Positions 19,758-30,605 are shown, numbered from the stretch's first letter. The stretch is DNA of 64,000 nucleotides from Nannocystis bainbridge (GCF_028368995.1 NZ_JAQNDL010000003.1:1344001-1408000), one strand, 5' to 3'. Notes: a model not told the origin generated them from the letters alone. Program-made: numbers and translations.

Positions 19758-20198
19758 TCACGCGCGGGCATACTTGAGCGTCAAGACCTCGAGGATCTTG
19801 GTCGCCAGGCTGTCCTCGACGTTGAGCACGCGCTGCATCGCCTCGAGCATCGCGTCCTCTTGCTCGTCGACGTCGCCGCTCGACATCGCGATGTCGGCCG
19901 CCAGCAAGTAGGCCTTGTTCTTGACCATCTGCGACGAAAGATCGCCGAGCGCCTTGACCGAGTCCTTCAGGTTGGGGAAGCGCTTCAGGATCTTCACCGC
20001 CTCCTGATACACGTCGCCGAACTCCTTGCCCTCGAACTCGGGCAGCTGGGCGAAGTAGCTCTCGACGGTCGGCAGCTCCGCCTCGTCGAAGCTCCCGTCG
20101 GCGCCGCACATCAGCAGCATCCCGTGGAGGAGCAGGGCGTCGTCGGTGGGCTTCTTCTGCGGCGTCACCTTGCCGGTCAGTTTGGACAGCAGACCCAT
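19758..20198 (-). CDS. TerB family tellurite-resistance/stress protein
   Basis: AAGGAG RBS; MLLMCGADGSFDEAE...LAADIAMSSGDVDEQEDAMLEAM...LNV. Confidence 0.88.
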   Translation of the reverse strand: MGLLSKLTGKVTPQKKPTDDALLLHGMLLMCGADGSFDEAELPTVESYFAQLPEFEGKEFGDVYQEAVKILKRFPNLKDSVKALGDLSSQMVKNKAYLLAADIAMSSGDVDEQEDAMLEAMQRVLNVEDSLATKILEVLTLKYARA

Positions 20199-21093
20199 GA
20201 GGTAGTCACTCCTTGATCCCGCAGTGCGGGCGCAGGCAGTGTCGGCGAGGCGACGGCCGCGTACAAGGGTCAAACGCCGGCGTCGGCCGGATCGGGCGAT
20301 TGCCACGCAAACGTCGTTTACATGGCGATTGAAGCGTTTCGGCGCGATACGTCGGCGGTCGCGGGCGGCCGTCCCCACCTCGTGCAGCGACAGGGCGGAG
20401 CGCCGCATCGCCGCAAAACCGCGTACTGCCGGCGACCGAGCCTGACCCCTGCACACACAACGACCGCCGACCCGGGCGTAGATCTCGCCCGCGGACAGAG
20501 GTCCGTGGCGCGACGACAGCCGCGACCTCGGGCCGCGCCGGCAAGCACCCCACGCCGACCTCGACGCCGCCGGTCGGCCGCCGCGAGCCGCGATTCCCTC
20601 GCTCGCGCCGGTTTGACCGCGAGCGCGCAACACCAGCGCGAGCGCAATCGACGCCAGCGCCTGCGTAAGCATCCGTTCATTTTTCTCGGCGGCCTTCACC
20701 GCGAGCCGCGGCCGCGCGCTCGCACGAAGCGGGCCACGACGCGCCATCGACAGGCACACCCATGCTCGCTCCGCCGCCCACGAAGCTGCGCCTGACAGCG
20801 AGGATGCGGGCCGCGACCGCGCCATCGCCGGGCTCGCTCGCGCTGGCCGCGGTTCGTGCTCCACTGCCAGCGGCCACGCGCCGACGCACCGCCGTCGCTT
20901 CGCGGCGGGCGGCCCCATCGCGGCAGACGACGCGGATGAAGCCCCGCGCGGCGGACGGTGAAATTTTCGTCATGCGCTCGTGTCGACCCCCGTCTGTGTG
21001 CACGCTCGAGCCCACGGACGCCGTTCGAGGCGCGCCGTGTTCGGGCCGACGCCGTCGTCATCGCCACCGCTCGGCCCAGGGAGACCGTCGACA

Positions 21094-24000
21094 ATGACCA
21101 CCACCGACGCCGCGCTCGCGCACGGCCCCCGCGATCGCCTTCGTCACGCGCTCGAGCGGGCGGCCCAATGGTTGCCGATCCAGGCCCCGCTCGAGGTCTT
21201 CGTCCACAACAACCTGCTGGTCGCGTTCCAGCACCTGCCGTTCCACCAGGCGATGCTGGCGGCCCGCCGCAAGCTCGGCGTGCGCGGCTACTTCCCCGAG
21301 GACCGCTACCGCCACGAGCACGCGGTCGGGCGCATCACCGAGGCCGACCTCGACGCGGTGTTCGCCGACGAGCCGCTGCCCGACCTGCCGCTGGCGCCGA
21401 ACTTCCCCTCGGCCCGCGCGATCGCCCGCACCGTCACCCGCTACAGCATCGGCGCCGAGACGCCGGCCGACCTGCACTGGAAGATCGTCGAGGAGCAGGC
21501 GACCACCTTCTTCGCCGCCGACACCGGCGAGGACGCGCGCAACGCCATCCTCGCCGCCACCGCCGACTGGCTGCAGCCGCAGCTGGCCCACCTGCAAGGC
21601 CGCGAGGCCGAGCTGGCGGCGCTGGTCGTCGGCCGCCCGCCGTTCCGCACGCCGACCGGCGAGCTGACGGCGCTGCTCGGCGACCGCCTGCACGCGGCCG
21701 CGTTCGCCGAGCGCCGCGAACCGGTGGCCGTGCGCGCGCTGTGGACCGCCTGCGTCGACGCCTGCGTCCACTACGCCGGCATGCCGGTGATCGGCGCGCG
21801 CAAGCTGTGGACCCACCGCGAGCTGCTGCGCGCCTGCAGCGACATCGACGCCAACGACCTGGTCCACGCGGTGTTGATCCCGCTGTGCGCGGCGTTCCTC
21901 GACCGCGGCCAGTCGCACTGGTCGATGCCCGACCGCGCCGACGGGTTCTTCAACGCGTGGTTGCGGGTCAAGCAGGCCGGCGTGTCGATCCGCCCGAGCT
22001 GGCTCGGCGGCGCCGACAAGCGCATGCGCGACTGGCAGACCCGCGGGGTGACGGCCGAGGACGCGGTGATCGAGCTGCTGGCCGAGCTCGGCGTCGAGCC
22101 CGACGAGTACGAGGCCTACGTCGAGCGCACGCTGCTTCAGCTGCCGGGGTGGGCCGGCATGTTCCACCGCCTGGGCCACGCGCCAGGCCCGATCGGCCGC
22201 TCGCGCGCCAAGATCGAGCTGCTCGATTTCCTGGCCGTGCGCCTCGCGCTCGACCTGTTCGCCTTCCGCGACATCGCCCGCCAGGTCGGTCACAGCGGGC
22301 CGGCGTCGCAGATCCGCCGGGTCTGCGCCGGCCTGCCGCAGATCGCCCCGCCGCCGGTCCGCGGCCCGCACGACACCGCCTGGCCGCTGTTTCAATTGGC
22401 GCAGCACGCCGGCATCGCCGCGCCGACGATCCGCGCCGCCAGTCGCGGCGAGATCGACGTCCTGGTCGCGTTCCTCGACCGCCACGACGACATGACCCGC
22501 ATGCGCCTGTGGCACGAGGCGTACGAGCGTCACTACCGGGTCGAGCTGCTCGACGCGATCGCGGCCAACGTCCGCCAGGCCCGCATGCCGGAGGTCGCGC
22601 CGCGGTTCCAGGTGATGCTGTGCCTCGACGACCGCTTCGAGTCGTCGCGCCGCTACCTCGAGGAGATTTCGCCGGAGGTCGAGACCTACGGCGGGCCGGG
22701 CTTCTTCGGCGTGGCGTTCGCCTACCAGGGCATCGACGACCCGCGCACGTTCCCGCTGTGCCCGGTGATCGTCACGCCGCAGCACCGCATCGACGAGGTC
22801 GTGCTGACGCAGCAGTACGACCTGGCCCAGCTGCGCAAGCAGCGGATCCAGCGGATCGCCCGGGTGCGGCAGCTGTTCGGCCGGGCCTCGCGCTCGCTGT
22901 GGCTCGGCCTGCTGGTCAGCATCGTCACCGGCGTGTTCTCGCTGGTGCCGCTGCTGCTGTCGATCTTCGCCCCGCGCACCGCCGGCAAGCTGCGCGAGGC
23001 GGTCCGCAAGCGGATCCTGCCCGAGCCGAAGACCCGCCTCACGCCGGCGCGCATCGGCCTCGACAAGGCCCCGGGCGACGACCTGCTGCCCGGCTTCTCG
23101 GTCGACGAGATGGCCGCGCGCGTCGCCTCGCTGCTCGAGAACCTCGGCATGACGAAGCGCTTCGGCAAGCTGATCGTCGCCCTCGGCCACGACACCTCGT
23201 CGGTCAACAACCCGCTGCTCGCGGCCTACTCGTGCGCCGCGTGCGGCGGCCGCAGCGGCGGGCCCAACGCGCGCTACCTGGCCCACATCGGCAACCGCCC
23301 CGACGTGCGCGAGCGGCTGGCCGCGCGCGGCATCGTCATCCCGCCCGAGTCGGTGTTCGTCGCCGGGGTCTACGACACCTGCGCCGAGAAGATCGCGTGG
23401 ATCGACGAGGACCTGCTGCCGGCCGCGGCCCGCGGCGAGCTCGCCGCGCTCACGGTGATCCTCGACGAGATGTGCCGCCGCAACGCGCTCGAGCGCAGCC
23501 GCCGGTTCGCGACCGCGCCGAAGCTGCCCGACGCCCAGGCCGCCCGCAAGCACGTCGAGAGCCGCGCGGTCGACCTCAGCGAGCCGCGCGCCGAGCTCGG
23601 CCACGCCACCTGCGCCTGCAGCATCGTCGGCCGGCGCGAGCTGACCTACGGCCTGTTCCTCGACCGCCGCTGCCTGCTGATCTCCTACGACCCGACGCAG
23701 GACCCCGACCACAAGATCCTCGAGCGCACCCTCGCCGCGACCTCGCCGGTCGGCGCCGGCATCTCCCTCGATTACTACTGCTCGAGCGTCGACCCGGAGA
23801 AGCTCGGCTCGGGCACCAAGCTGCCGCACAACGTCACCGCTCTGGCCGGGGTGATGAACGGCTCGTCGAGCGACCTGCGGACCGGCCTGCCGACCCAGGC
23901 GACCGAGATGCACGAGCCGATGCGGCTCGAGGTGATCGTCGAGGCCACGCCCGAAGTGCTGCAGGACATCCTCACTCGCCAGGCCGCGGTCGCCGAGCTG

Positions 24001-24210
24001 GTGCTGAACGAGTGGGTGCGGATCACCGCGATCCACCCGGACACGCGCCAGATGTGGACCTTCGACGCCCGCTTCGGCTTCCGCCCGTACGCGCCGACGC
24101 CGGTCGAGCTGCCGGTGGTGCCGCGCTCCGAGGACTGGTGCGCCGGCCGCGTCGAATGCCTGAAGCCGGTCCGGGTCGTCACGCCCAACGAGGTGAAGCA
24201 TGCTCCCTGA
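21094..24210 (+). CDS. dabA: DUF2309 / DabA-type beta-carbonic-anhydrase-like subunit of an inorganic carbon transporter
   Basis: LPIQAPLEVFVHNN, LPGWAG, putative Zn ligands LCLDDR and GH..SVNNP....YSCAACGG, GSGTKLPHNV, HEPMRL. Confidence 0.9.
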   Translation: MTTTDAALAHGPRDRLRHALERAAQWLPIQAPLEVFVHNNLLVAFQHLPFHQAMLAARRKLGVRGYFPEDRYRHEHAVGRITEADLDAVFADEPLPDLPLAPNFPSARAIARTVTRYSIGAETPADLHWKIVEEQATTFFAADTGEDARNAILAATADWLQPQLAHLQGREAELAALVVGRPPFRTPTGELTALLGDRLHAAAFAERREPVAVRALWTACVDACVHYAGMPVIGARKLWTHRELLRACSDIDANDLVHAVLIPLCAAFLDRGQSHWSMPDRADGFFNAWLRVKQAGVSIRPSWLGGADKRMRDWQTRGVTAEDAVIELLAELGVEPDEYEAYVERTLLQLPGWAGMFHRLGHAPGPIGRSRAKIELLDFLAVRLALDLFAFRDIARQVGHSGPASQIRRVCAGLPQIAPPPVRGPHDTAWPLFQLAQHAGIAAPTIRAASRGEIDVLVAFLDRHDDMTRMRLWHEAYERHYRVELLDAIAANVRQARMPEVAPRFQVMLCLDDRFESSRRYLEEISPEVETYGGPGFFGVAFAYQGIDDPRTFPLCPVIVTPQHRIDEVVLTQQYDLAQLRKQRIQRIARVRQLFGRASRSLWLGLLVSIVTGVFSLVPLLLSIFAPRTAGKLREAVRKRILPEPKTRLTPARIGLDKAPGDDLLPGFSVDEMAARVASLLENLGMTKRFGKLIVALGHDTSSVNNPLLAAYSCAACGGRSGGPNARYLAHIGNRPDVRERLAARGIVIPPESVFVAGVYDTCAEKIAWIDEDLLPAAARGELAALTVILDEMCRRNALERSRRFATAPKLPDAQAARKHVESRAVDLSEPRAELGHATCACSIVGRRELTYGLFLDRRCLLISYDPTQDPDHKILERTLAATSPVGAGISLDYYCSSVDPEKLGSGTKLPHNVTALAGVMNGSSSDLRTGLPTQATEMHEPMRLEVIVEATPEVLQDILTRQAAVAELVLNEWVRITAIHPDTRQMWTFDARFGFRPYAPTPVELPVVPRSEDWCAGRVECLKPVRVVTPNEVKHAP

Positions 24211-25606
24211 ACTGCTGTCCGTCGGGTTCGCGCTGGCGCCGGTGTGGCCGGCCCTGGCGGCGATCGTCGTCGCCCTGCTGCTGCTGCCGGGCACGCGCCC
24301 GTCGGAGCGCCTGGTCGCCCGCATCACCACCGCGGCCGGCTGGCTGAGCCTGCTCAGCGCCGTCTGCGGGGTCGGCCTCTACCTGTCCCATGGGCCAGTC
24401 GATTATCGGCTCGGCAACTGGTACGACGCCGCCGGCTACAGCTTCCCGCTGGTGCTGCTGTTCGACGGCCTGGCAGCGGCGATGTCGGCGTTCATCGCCG
24501 TGATCGTGCTGACGACGGTGCGGTTCTCGGTGACCTACCTGCACCGCGAGCCGGGCTTCATCCGCTTCTTCGTGCTGACCCTCGGCTTCGCCGCCGGCAT
24601 GCAATTGCTGGTGATGGCCGGCAGCGTCGAGCTGCTGTTCATCGGCTGGGAGTTCGTCGGCCTCAGCTCGGTGCTGCTGGTCGCGTTCTTCCACGAGCGG
24701 GCGATGCCGGTCCAGGCGGCCCTGCGCGTGCTCGTCACCTACCGCGTGTGCGACATCGGCCTGCTGATCGGTGCGGTGACGCTGCACCACTGGCTCGGCA
24801 GCACGGTGTGGGTCGACGTGTTCGCCCGCCTGCCGCAGCACACCGGCGCCGCCGCCGGGCTGGCGACCGCGCTGGCGCTGGTGTTCGCGGCCATGGGCAA
24901 GTCGGCCCAGTTCCCGGTCGGCGGCTGGCTGCCGCGGGCGATGGAGGGCCCGACGGCCTCGTCGGCGGTGTTCTACGGCAGCCTCTCGGTCCACGCCGGG
25001 GTGTTCCTGCTGCTGCGCGCGGCGCCGCTGATCGAGCAATCGCTGACGGCGCGCATCGTGCTGGTGATCGTCGGCCTGACGACGGCGGTGATCGCCGCGC
25101 TCAGCAGCCAGGTCAGCGCCGACGCCAAGTCGGCGGTGGCCCACGCGACCGCCAGCCAGGTCGGCCTGATGTTCGTCGAGTGCGGCCTCGGCTTCTACAC
25201 GCTGGCGACGGTCCACCTGATCGCCCACGCGACCCTGCGCTACTATCAATTCCTGCGCACGCCCACGGCGCTGCACGACGCGCTGTGGCAGCAGGCCGCG
25301 CTCGGCCGCACCGACTCCGACGAGGCCGCGGCCCGCTGGGAGGGCCTCGCGCTCGGCCAGCGGCGCGCGCTCTACCGCCTCGCGCTCGAGCGGTTCGCCG
25401 TCGAGCAGGCGCTCGACCGCCTCGTCACCCGCCCGATCATGAACCTCTCGCGCCTGCTCGATCGGCTCGAAGGCGGCCTCCTGGCCCTGCACGGCCGCCA
25501 GCCCGAGGCCGGCACCGGCGCGCCGCTGCCGGTCATGGCGCCCGACATGAACGGCGACCCCGCTTTCAGGCCCGCCGACCACGGCGCGCCGGAGGCCCGC
25601 ACATGA
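24200..25606 (+). CDS. dabB: NuoL/NdhF-like proton-conducting membrane subunit (DabB)
   Basis: YLHREPGF.RFF, LFIGWEFVG, GKSAQFPVGGWLPRAMEGPT.SSA; overlaps the dabA stop. Confidence 0.88.
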   Translation: MLPELLSVGFALAPVWPALAAIVVALLLLPGTRPSERLVARITTAAGWLSLLSAVCGVGLYLSHGPVDYRLGNWYDAAGYSFPLVLLFDGLAAAMSAFIAVIVLTTVRFSVTYLHREPGFIRFFVLTLGFAAGMQLLVMAGSVELLFIGWEFVGLSSVLLVAFFHERAMPVQAALRVLVTYRVCDIGLLIGAVTLHHWLGSTVWVDVFARLPQHTGAAAGLATALALVFAAMGKSAQFPVGGWLPRAMEGPTASSAVFYGSLSVHAGVFLLLRAAPLIEQSLTARIVLVIVGLTTAVIAALSSQVSADAKSAVAHATASQVGLMFVECGLGFYTLATVHLIAHATLRYYQFLRTPTALHDALWQQAALGRTDSDEAAARWEGLALGQRRALYRLALERFAVEQALDRLVTRPIMNLSRLLDRLEGGLLALHGRQPEAGTGAPLPVMAPDMNGDPAFRPADHGAPEART

Positions 25607-27108
25607 CCCACGACCTGGTCGCCCTCGCCATCCCGCTGCTGTGGCTGTTCCCGCTGCTGGCCGCGTTCGTGGTCCAGTTCCTGATCCGCGAGCCGACCCG
25701 CCAGCGCGACGTCGCCATCGGCGTGGCCTGGGTGGTGTTCGCCGTGGCGATGGGGGCGTTCCTGCTCAACGGCTGGGACTCGCACTTCGACCGCGACGAC
25801 CTCGAGTCGGGGCTGTTCATGTCGCTGCGCTTTCACATGGCGGTCGACGGCCTCAACGCGCTGCTGCTGCCGATGACCGCCGCGATCGCCCTGGCCTCGC
25901 TGCTGTCGACCCCGCGCTCCGACCTGCGCGGCAACACGGCGGCGCGGATCCTCGCCGTGGAGGGCACCCTGCTCGGCTGCTTCCTCGCGCTCGACGCCGC
26001 CACCCTGTCGCTGTTCTGGGTCGGCTCGATGCTGCCGCTGTGGCAGGACACCCGGCGCAGCAAATCGCGGCCGCTGCACCTCGTCATGACCCTCGCCATC
26101 GCGGCCACCACCGCCGCGCTGGTGGCCGCGCTGGTGATCATGGCCGGGGCCGGGGCCGCCGGCTCGGCCTCGCCGTTCGACCTGCTGGCGCTGACGCAGG
26201 CCACCACCTCGTTGCCGCCGATCGTCGGCTGGCTGTTCCTGTTCGTCGCGCTGCTGCGCATGGGCATCTTCCCCATGCACCTGTGGCTGACCGCGGCCGG
26301 CTGGCGCGCCCCCGGCTACTCGGCGATGCCGGCGCTGTTCACCTCGCTGGGCTCGTTCGGGCTGACGCGCGTGGTCATGCCGCTGTTCCCGCGGCTGTGC
26401 GAGCAGGTGTCGACGCCGCTGGTGGTCCTCGGCGCCGTCACGGCCCTCTACGGCGCGGTGCTGGCGGTCGGCCAGTACGACCTGCGGCGCGTCATCAGCT
26501 ACTTCTGGGTCAGCCAGATGGGCCTCGTGCTCACCGGCCTGGCCACCCTCAACGCCCCCGGCGTGTCGGGCGGGCTGCTGCAGGCGATGTCGTCGGTGGT
26601 CGAGGTCTGCGGCCTGATGCTGATCGCGCTCGAGGTCGAGGCCCGGGCCGGCACCACCGACATGCGCCTGCTCGGCGGCCTGGTCCGCCGCGCCCCGCGG
26701 CTCACCACCGGCTTCCTCATGCTGTCCACCGCGGCCGTCGGCTTCCCCGGCACGATCTCCTTCGTCGCCGAGGACCTCGCCATCCAGGGCCTCCTCTACG
26801 ACCACCCGCTGGCCGCCGCGCTGCTGCTGGTCGTCACCGCGATCAACGGCGTGGCCCTGTTCAAGGCGTTCAAGCAGACCTTCCTCGGCCCCGGCTCGCA
26901 GCACGCCAAGGACCTGCGCTCGTTCGCCGACCTGCGCGGCTGGGAGTACCGCGCCTCGGTCGCGCTGATGGCCACGCTGCTGATCGGCGGCCTCATGCCG
27001 CAGCCGCTGCTCGCCGTGCGCGCCGGCGTCGTCGACGCCCTGCAGAAGCTCGAGCCGGCCGCGGCCCACGTCGTCGCCCCGGACGACGACGACGACGACG
27101 ACGGCTGA
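25603..27108 (+). CDS. NuoM-like proton-conducting membrane subunit
   Basis: ATGA overlap; VDGLN, RMGIFPMHLW, DLRRVISY...SQMG, GFPGTISFVAEDL; poly-Asp tail. Confidence 0.85.
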   Translation: MTHDLVALAIPLLWLFPLLAAFVVQFLIREPTRQRDVAIGVAWVVFAVAMGAFLLNGWDSHFDRDDLESGLFMSLRFHMAVDGLNALLLPMTAAIALASLLSTPRSDLRGNTAARILAVEGTLLGCFLALDAATLSLFWVGSMLPLWQDTRRSKSRPLHLVMTLAIAATTAALVAALVIMAGAGAAGSASPFDLLALTQATTSLPPIVGWLFLFVALLRMGIFPMHLWLTAAGWRAPGYSAMPALFTSLGSFGLTRVVMPLFPRLCEQVSTPLVVLGAVTALYGAVLAVGQYDLRRVISYFWVSQMGLVLTGLATLNAPGVSGGLLQAMSSVVEVCGLMLIALEVEARAGTTDMRLLGGLVRRAPRLTTGFLMLSTAAVGFPGTISFVAEDLAIQGLLYDHPLAAALLLVVTAINGVALFKAFKQTFLGPGSQHAKDLRSFADLRGWEYRASVALMATLLIGGLMPQPLLAVRAGVVDALQKLEPAAAHVVAPDDDDDDDG

Positions 27109-27585
27109 ACGTCGAAGCATGTCGCACCGGGCTCGCCATGCCTGTCCCTTCGGACATCTCGCGCGGCTAGCGACGACGCATGGCCCCGGCCATCGACCCG
27201 CCGCCGACCTCGGCCTGGCCGCGGCGCACGTCTCGCCGGGCGCACGTCGACATGTCTCTTGGGCCATCTCTCCGACGCCGTCCTCGTCCTGTCCGGGACC
27301 AGGGTACCGGCCTCGACCGTGATCGTCGCGGTCGAGCTCCCACGACCTGTCCTTCGTGACATCCCCTGCGGACCCGCGCCGGGCCGCGGCTCGCGCCGCA
27401 TTCTTCGGCCCTGTGATTTTCTCTGTCAGACGTCGACCTGCTCGCGTCATACTGGGCGAGCAAGGGTGCCGCGGCGTAATAGTTCGCCGCGGCAGGATTT
27501 GGCTCCCGCCGTCGCATCGACGGGAGCGCTGAAGTGGTCGGGCCGCCATTTCGCAGACGCCTCGTGCGGCTGCGGAGGACGTCCC

Positions 27586-27915
27586 GTGTCACCACAACTG
27601 AAGACCCCCGACCACGCGCCTGCGCCGGCAGGCTGCGCGTTGCGACTGTTCTGGATGCTCGTCGGCAACGCGATCGTCTACGCCTGCCTGGCCACCATCG
27701 CCTTCCAGGGCCTGCCGTTCCCGTCGCTGCTCGACGGCGTCGTCTGGATCACCGTCGCGCTGACGATCGCCGCCCGCCGGGTCGACATCACCCGCTGGGC
27801 CGGCACCACGGCCAGCGGCGAGCCGGCCACGCTCGCCCACTGGCGGCGCTACGCCGTCACCGTGGTCGTCGTCACCGCGGCGGTCTCGGTGCTCGCGCAC
27901 GCGCTGTCCGGTTAG
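27586..27915 (+). CDS. Small membrane protein (3 TM)
   Basis: GGAGGA RBS then GTG; GCALRLFWMLVGNA...RRVDITRWAGTTASGEPATLAHWRRY. Confidence 0.7.
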   Translation: MSPQLKTPDHAPAPAGCALRLFWMLVGNAIVYACLATIAFQGLPFPSLLDGVVWITVALTIAARRVDITRWAGTTASGEPATLAHWRRYAVTVVVVTAAVSVLAHALSG

Positions 27916-29609
27916 TCGGCCCGCGCCGTCGCGTCGTCGACCGCGGCGCCGCCGCTCGCGTCCGCGGGGCCGGCGACGCCGTCGCGCCGCGGGCACGGAC
28001 CGACCACCAGCTCGACGGCCCACCCCGGGCCGTCGCGGACCTCGACGTCCGCGCTGGCGAACGCGCCCAGCAGCAGGTCGCCGGTCCGACGCACCTCGTC
28101 CTCGGCGACGCGCTCCTCGTCGGCCGGTTCGGCGGGCGGCGGTCGGTCGACGCACGCCCGCAGCCCTGGCGGGCGCCCGGCGGACGCCAGCCCGCGCGCC
28201 AGGGCCCCGAGGAACTCCGGCGCGGGGCTCTGGCCGGCGCTCCACCTGCCCACGAGGACAGGTTCGCTGCGGACGGCGATCGACTCGCCGAGCGCGAGGC
28301 CGAGGAAATCGGCGAGCAACGCCTCCGCCGCCGCGCCGAGCGGCGGCCCCTGGTGGCGGACGTGCAAGGTCGTCACGTCGGCGCCGAGGTCCACCTGCCA
28401 GCCGTGCAGCGCGCCGCCCGCGGCCGGCCAGTGGGCCGCGAGCGCCTCCTCGATCGGCTTGCGCAGCAGCGACGGCCGCGGCTGCGGCGCGAGCGGGGCC
28501 GTCGCGGGCGTCACCGGTGCCGCCATCGCGGCGGTGATCCTCTGCAACGAGCGCTCGTCGGCCACCGCGGTGACGTCGACCTCCGGTTCGCTGCCGGCGA
28601 CGGCGGCGATCCGCGCGACCAGCAGCGCCTCGACGTCGTGCGCCTCCTCGGGGGAGCCGATCAACGCCAGGCGCACGCGCACCCCGCCGGGTTCGACCAC
28701 GAGCGCCGTGCGGAACGAGCGATCGTCGGGGGCGACCTCGGCGAGGATCCGCGTCACCGCGTCGCGCACGCGGATCTTCCACGCGACCTCGGCGAGGGCG
28801 GCGCGCAGCGGCACGTAGACGCTGGCGAGCAGCAGGGTCGGCAGCACGAGCCGCCAGATCACGCCGTAGCGGGCGCCGACGGCCCGACGCAGGCGAGCGG
28901 CGAGCGCCGACGCGCCGTCCTCCGCGAGCACCACGTGGTTGAAGCCGAGGCCGACGAACAGCAGCGCCGAGCAGAAGATGATCGCGCAGAAGTTGGCCGT
29001 GAACAGCAGGAACGCGCCGCCGGCGATGTTCCACTGGTTCACGCCGAGCCCGTAGCCGGCCACGCACAGCGGCGGCACCAGCGAGATGCCGATCGCCGTG
29101 CCGGCCGCCGCGCTGGTGGTGTCGGCGCTCTGGCGGGCCGTCGTGAAGCCGGCCGCCAGGGCGCAGAAGGCCGCGATCGCGAGGTCGAGCACCGTCGGCG
29201 ACGTGCGGGCCGCGATCTCGGGCGTCGTCTCGTGGAACGGCAGGCCGACGGTCAGCCCCGCGGCCAGGAGCACCACCCACGCGATGCTCGCCGCCACGCG
29301 GAACATCGAGCCCAGGGTCAGGAGCGGCGAGCCGACCGCCAGGCCCATGCCCAGCCCGACGATCGGCGACATGAGCGGCGAGATCAGCATGGCGCCGATG
29401 ACCACGCCGGTGCTGCTGAGCACGAGGCCGAGCGTGGCGATCCCCGTCGCCAGCACCAACTGCAGCCAGTAGCTCACCGTGTCCGCACGATGGCGCGCGT
29501 ACATGTCGCGGACGATCGCCGCGCGCTGGCCGGCCGGGACCCCCAATCGCCGCGCCAGCGCGTCCTGGATCGGGTGCTCGCGGCCGGCCGCTGCAGATGC
29601 GTCGCTCAT
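27912..29609 (-). CDS. DUF389 domain membrane protein
   Basis: IATLGLVLSSTGVVIGAMLISPLMSPI, EIAARTSPTVLDL, GTAIGISLVPPL, LLFTAN. Confidence 0.9.
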   Translation of the reverse strand: MSDASAAAGREHPIQDALARRLGVPAGQRAAIVRDMYARHRADTVSYWLQLVLATGIATLGLVLSSTGVVIGAMLISPLMSPIVGLGMGLAVGSPLLTLGSMFRVAASIAWVVLLAAGLTVGLPFHETTPEIAARTSPTVLDLAIAAFCALAAGFTTARQSADTTSAAAGTAIGISLVPPLCVAGYGLGVNQWNIAGGAFLLFTANFCAIIFCSALLFVGLGFNHVVLAEDGASALAARLRRAVGARYGVIWRLVLPTLLLASVYVPLRAALAEVAWKIRVRDAVTRILAEVAPDDRSFRTALVVEPGGVRVRLALIGSPEEAHDVEALLVARIAAVAGSEPEVDVTAVADERSLQRITAAMAAPVTPATAPLAPQPRPSLLRKPIEEALAAHWPAAGGALHGWQVDLGADVTTLHVRHQGPPLGAAAEALLADFLGLALGESIAVRSEPVLVGRWSAGQSPAPEFLGALARGLASAGRPPGLRACVDRPPPAEPADEERVAEDEVRRTGDLLLGAFASADVEVRDGPGWAVELVVGPCPRRDGVAGPADASGGAAVDDATARAD

Positions 29610-29753
29610 GTCCGCGGATCGTAGTCGCACCGCGCTCGCGCTTGAATGAACTCGAGATCGTCGAGCGCGCGGCAGCTCACCGGCGCGGGCGTGGCGCCGT
29701 CGAGCCCGCTCGGCGGACGCGCGCGACGCGGTCGAGCTCGCCGCGCCGCTTCG

Positions 29754-30374
29754 TCAGTCCTTGCGCACCGCGTGGAATTTCCCGTCGGTCAGCGTGGGCC
29801 CCTCATTGCCGGCCGCCGGCGACCACTGGAAGCTGCCGTCGATCGCCGACTCCGAGGCGGCGCTGACGATCACCTGGGCGCCCTTGAGGTCGACGTACGT
29901 GCTGCCGCGGATGCTGTCGGTCACGACCGTGTTCTTGGCCTCGTCGCCCTGGGCCGCCTTGGCCGCCGCCGTATCGACGCCCACGCTCACATAGCGCGAG
30001 CTCCCGCCGGTCGTGTACGTCGCGGCGCCCTTGAAGTCGGCGACGACCAGCACGAGCTCCTCGCGGTTCACCGCGCCTTCGCTCGTCGCGGTGTGGCTGC
30101 ACGACACCGTCAACGTCTCGCCGCCGCCGTCGCTCGCCTTGGCCCGCGCCGAGCAGCGCTCCGCCGCCCACGGTCGACCGTCCATCGTCACCGTCCCGTC
30201 GCCCCTGTCCTTGGCCCCCCCGGACGGCTTGGCCGCGGCCGGTGCGGGCGCCGCTGCGGCCGCGGTCGCGGCCGGCTTCGTCTCCGCGGCCTCGCGCTTG
30301 GACTCGTCGTCGCACGCCGGAGCGATCGCCGCGACGATCATACAAAGACACAACCTCGAATAAACACCACGCAT
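29754..30374 (-). CDS. Lipoprotein, hypothetical
   Basis: GGGGAGG RBS; IAPAC lipobox; beta-rich body ending LTDGKFHA. Confidence 0.8.
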   Translation of the reverse strand: MRGVYSRLCLCMIVAAIAPACDDESKREAAETKPAATAAAAAPAPAAAKPSGGAKDRGDGTVTMDGRPWAAERCSARAKASDGGGETLTVSCSHTATSEGAVNREELVLVVADFKGAATYTTGGSSRYVSVGVDTAAAKAAQGDEAKNTVVTDSIRGSTYVDLKGAQVIVSAASESAIDGSFQWSPAAGNEGPTLTDGKFHAVRKD

Positions 30375-30605
30375 GCGCCTCCCCTAGCACTGCTCGAGCG
30401 AGGGTGTCCACGCGCGAAGTCGGACCGAACCTCGATTCGTGCATGCACCACCTCGCGTCCTCGGCGACGTCTCGCCTCGTCCGATTTTTTTTTGCGGGCC
30501 CGGGAAGATCGCGAAGGCCCGGCGTTGTCGCGGCAGACCCCGACGTCCGGCGCGCGCGACCTCCGCGACGCGTCGTCCGACGGTCGCAGCCACGAGACCG
30601 ACACG

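Noticed and set aside
20199-21093. ~900-bp intergenic region between terB and dabA as a possible ncRNA or riboswitch
   Set aside because: I could not recognise a conserved structure or credible ORF; an Rfam search would be needed.
20958-24347. Long alternative-frame ORFs (1129 aa plus, 1090 aa minus) over dabA, and similar shadow ORFs window-wide
   Set aside because: These Arg/Pro/Ala-rich or antisense ORFs are expected in high-GC DNA; only one frame carries family motifs.
30485-30493. T9 tract in a divergent promoter region as a phase-variation switch
   Set aside because: It is a single short homopolymer with no evidence of variation from one sequence.
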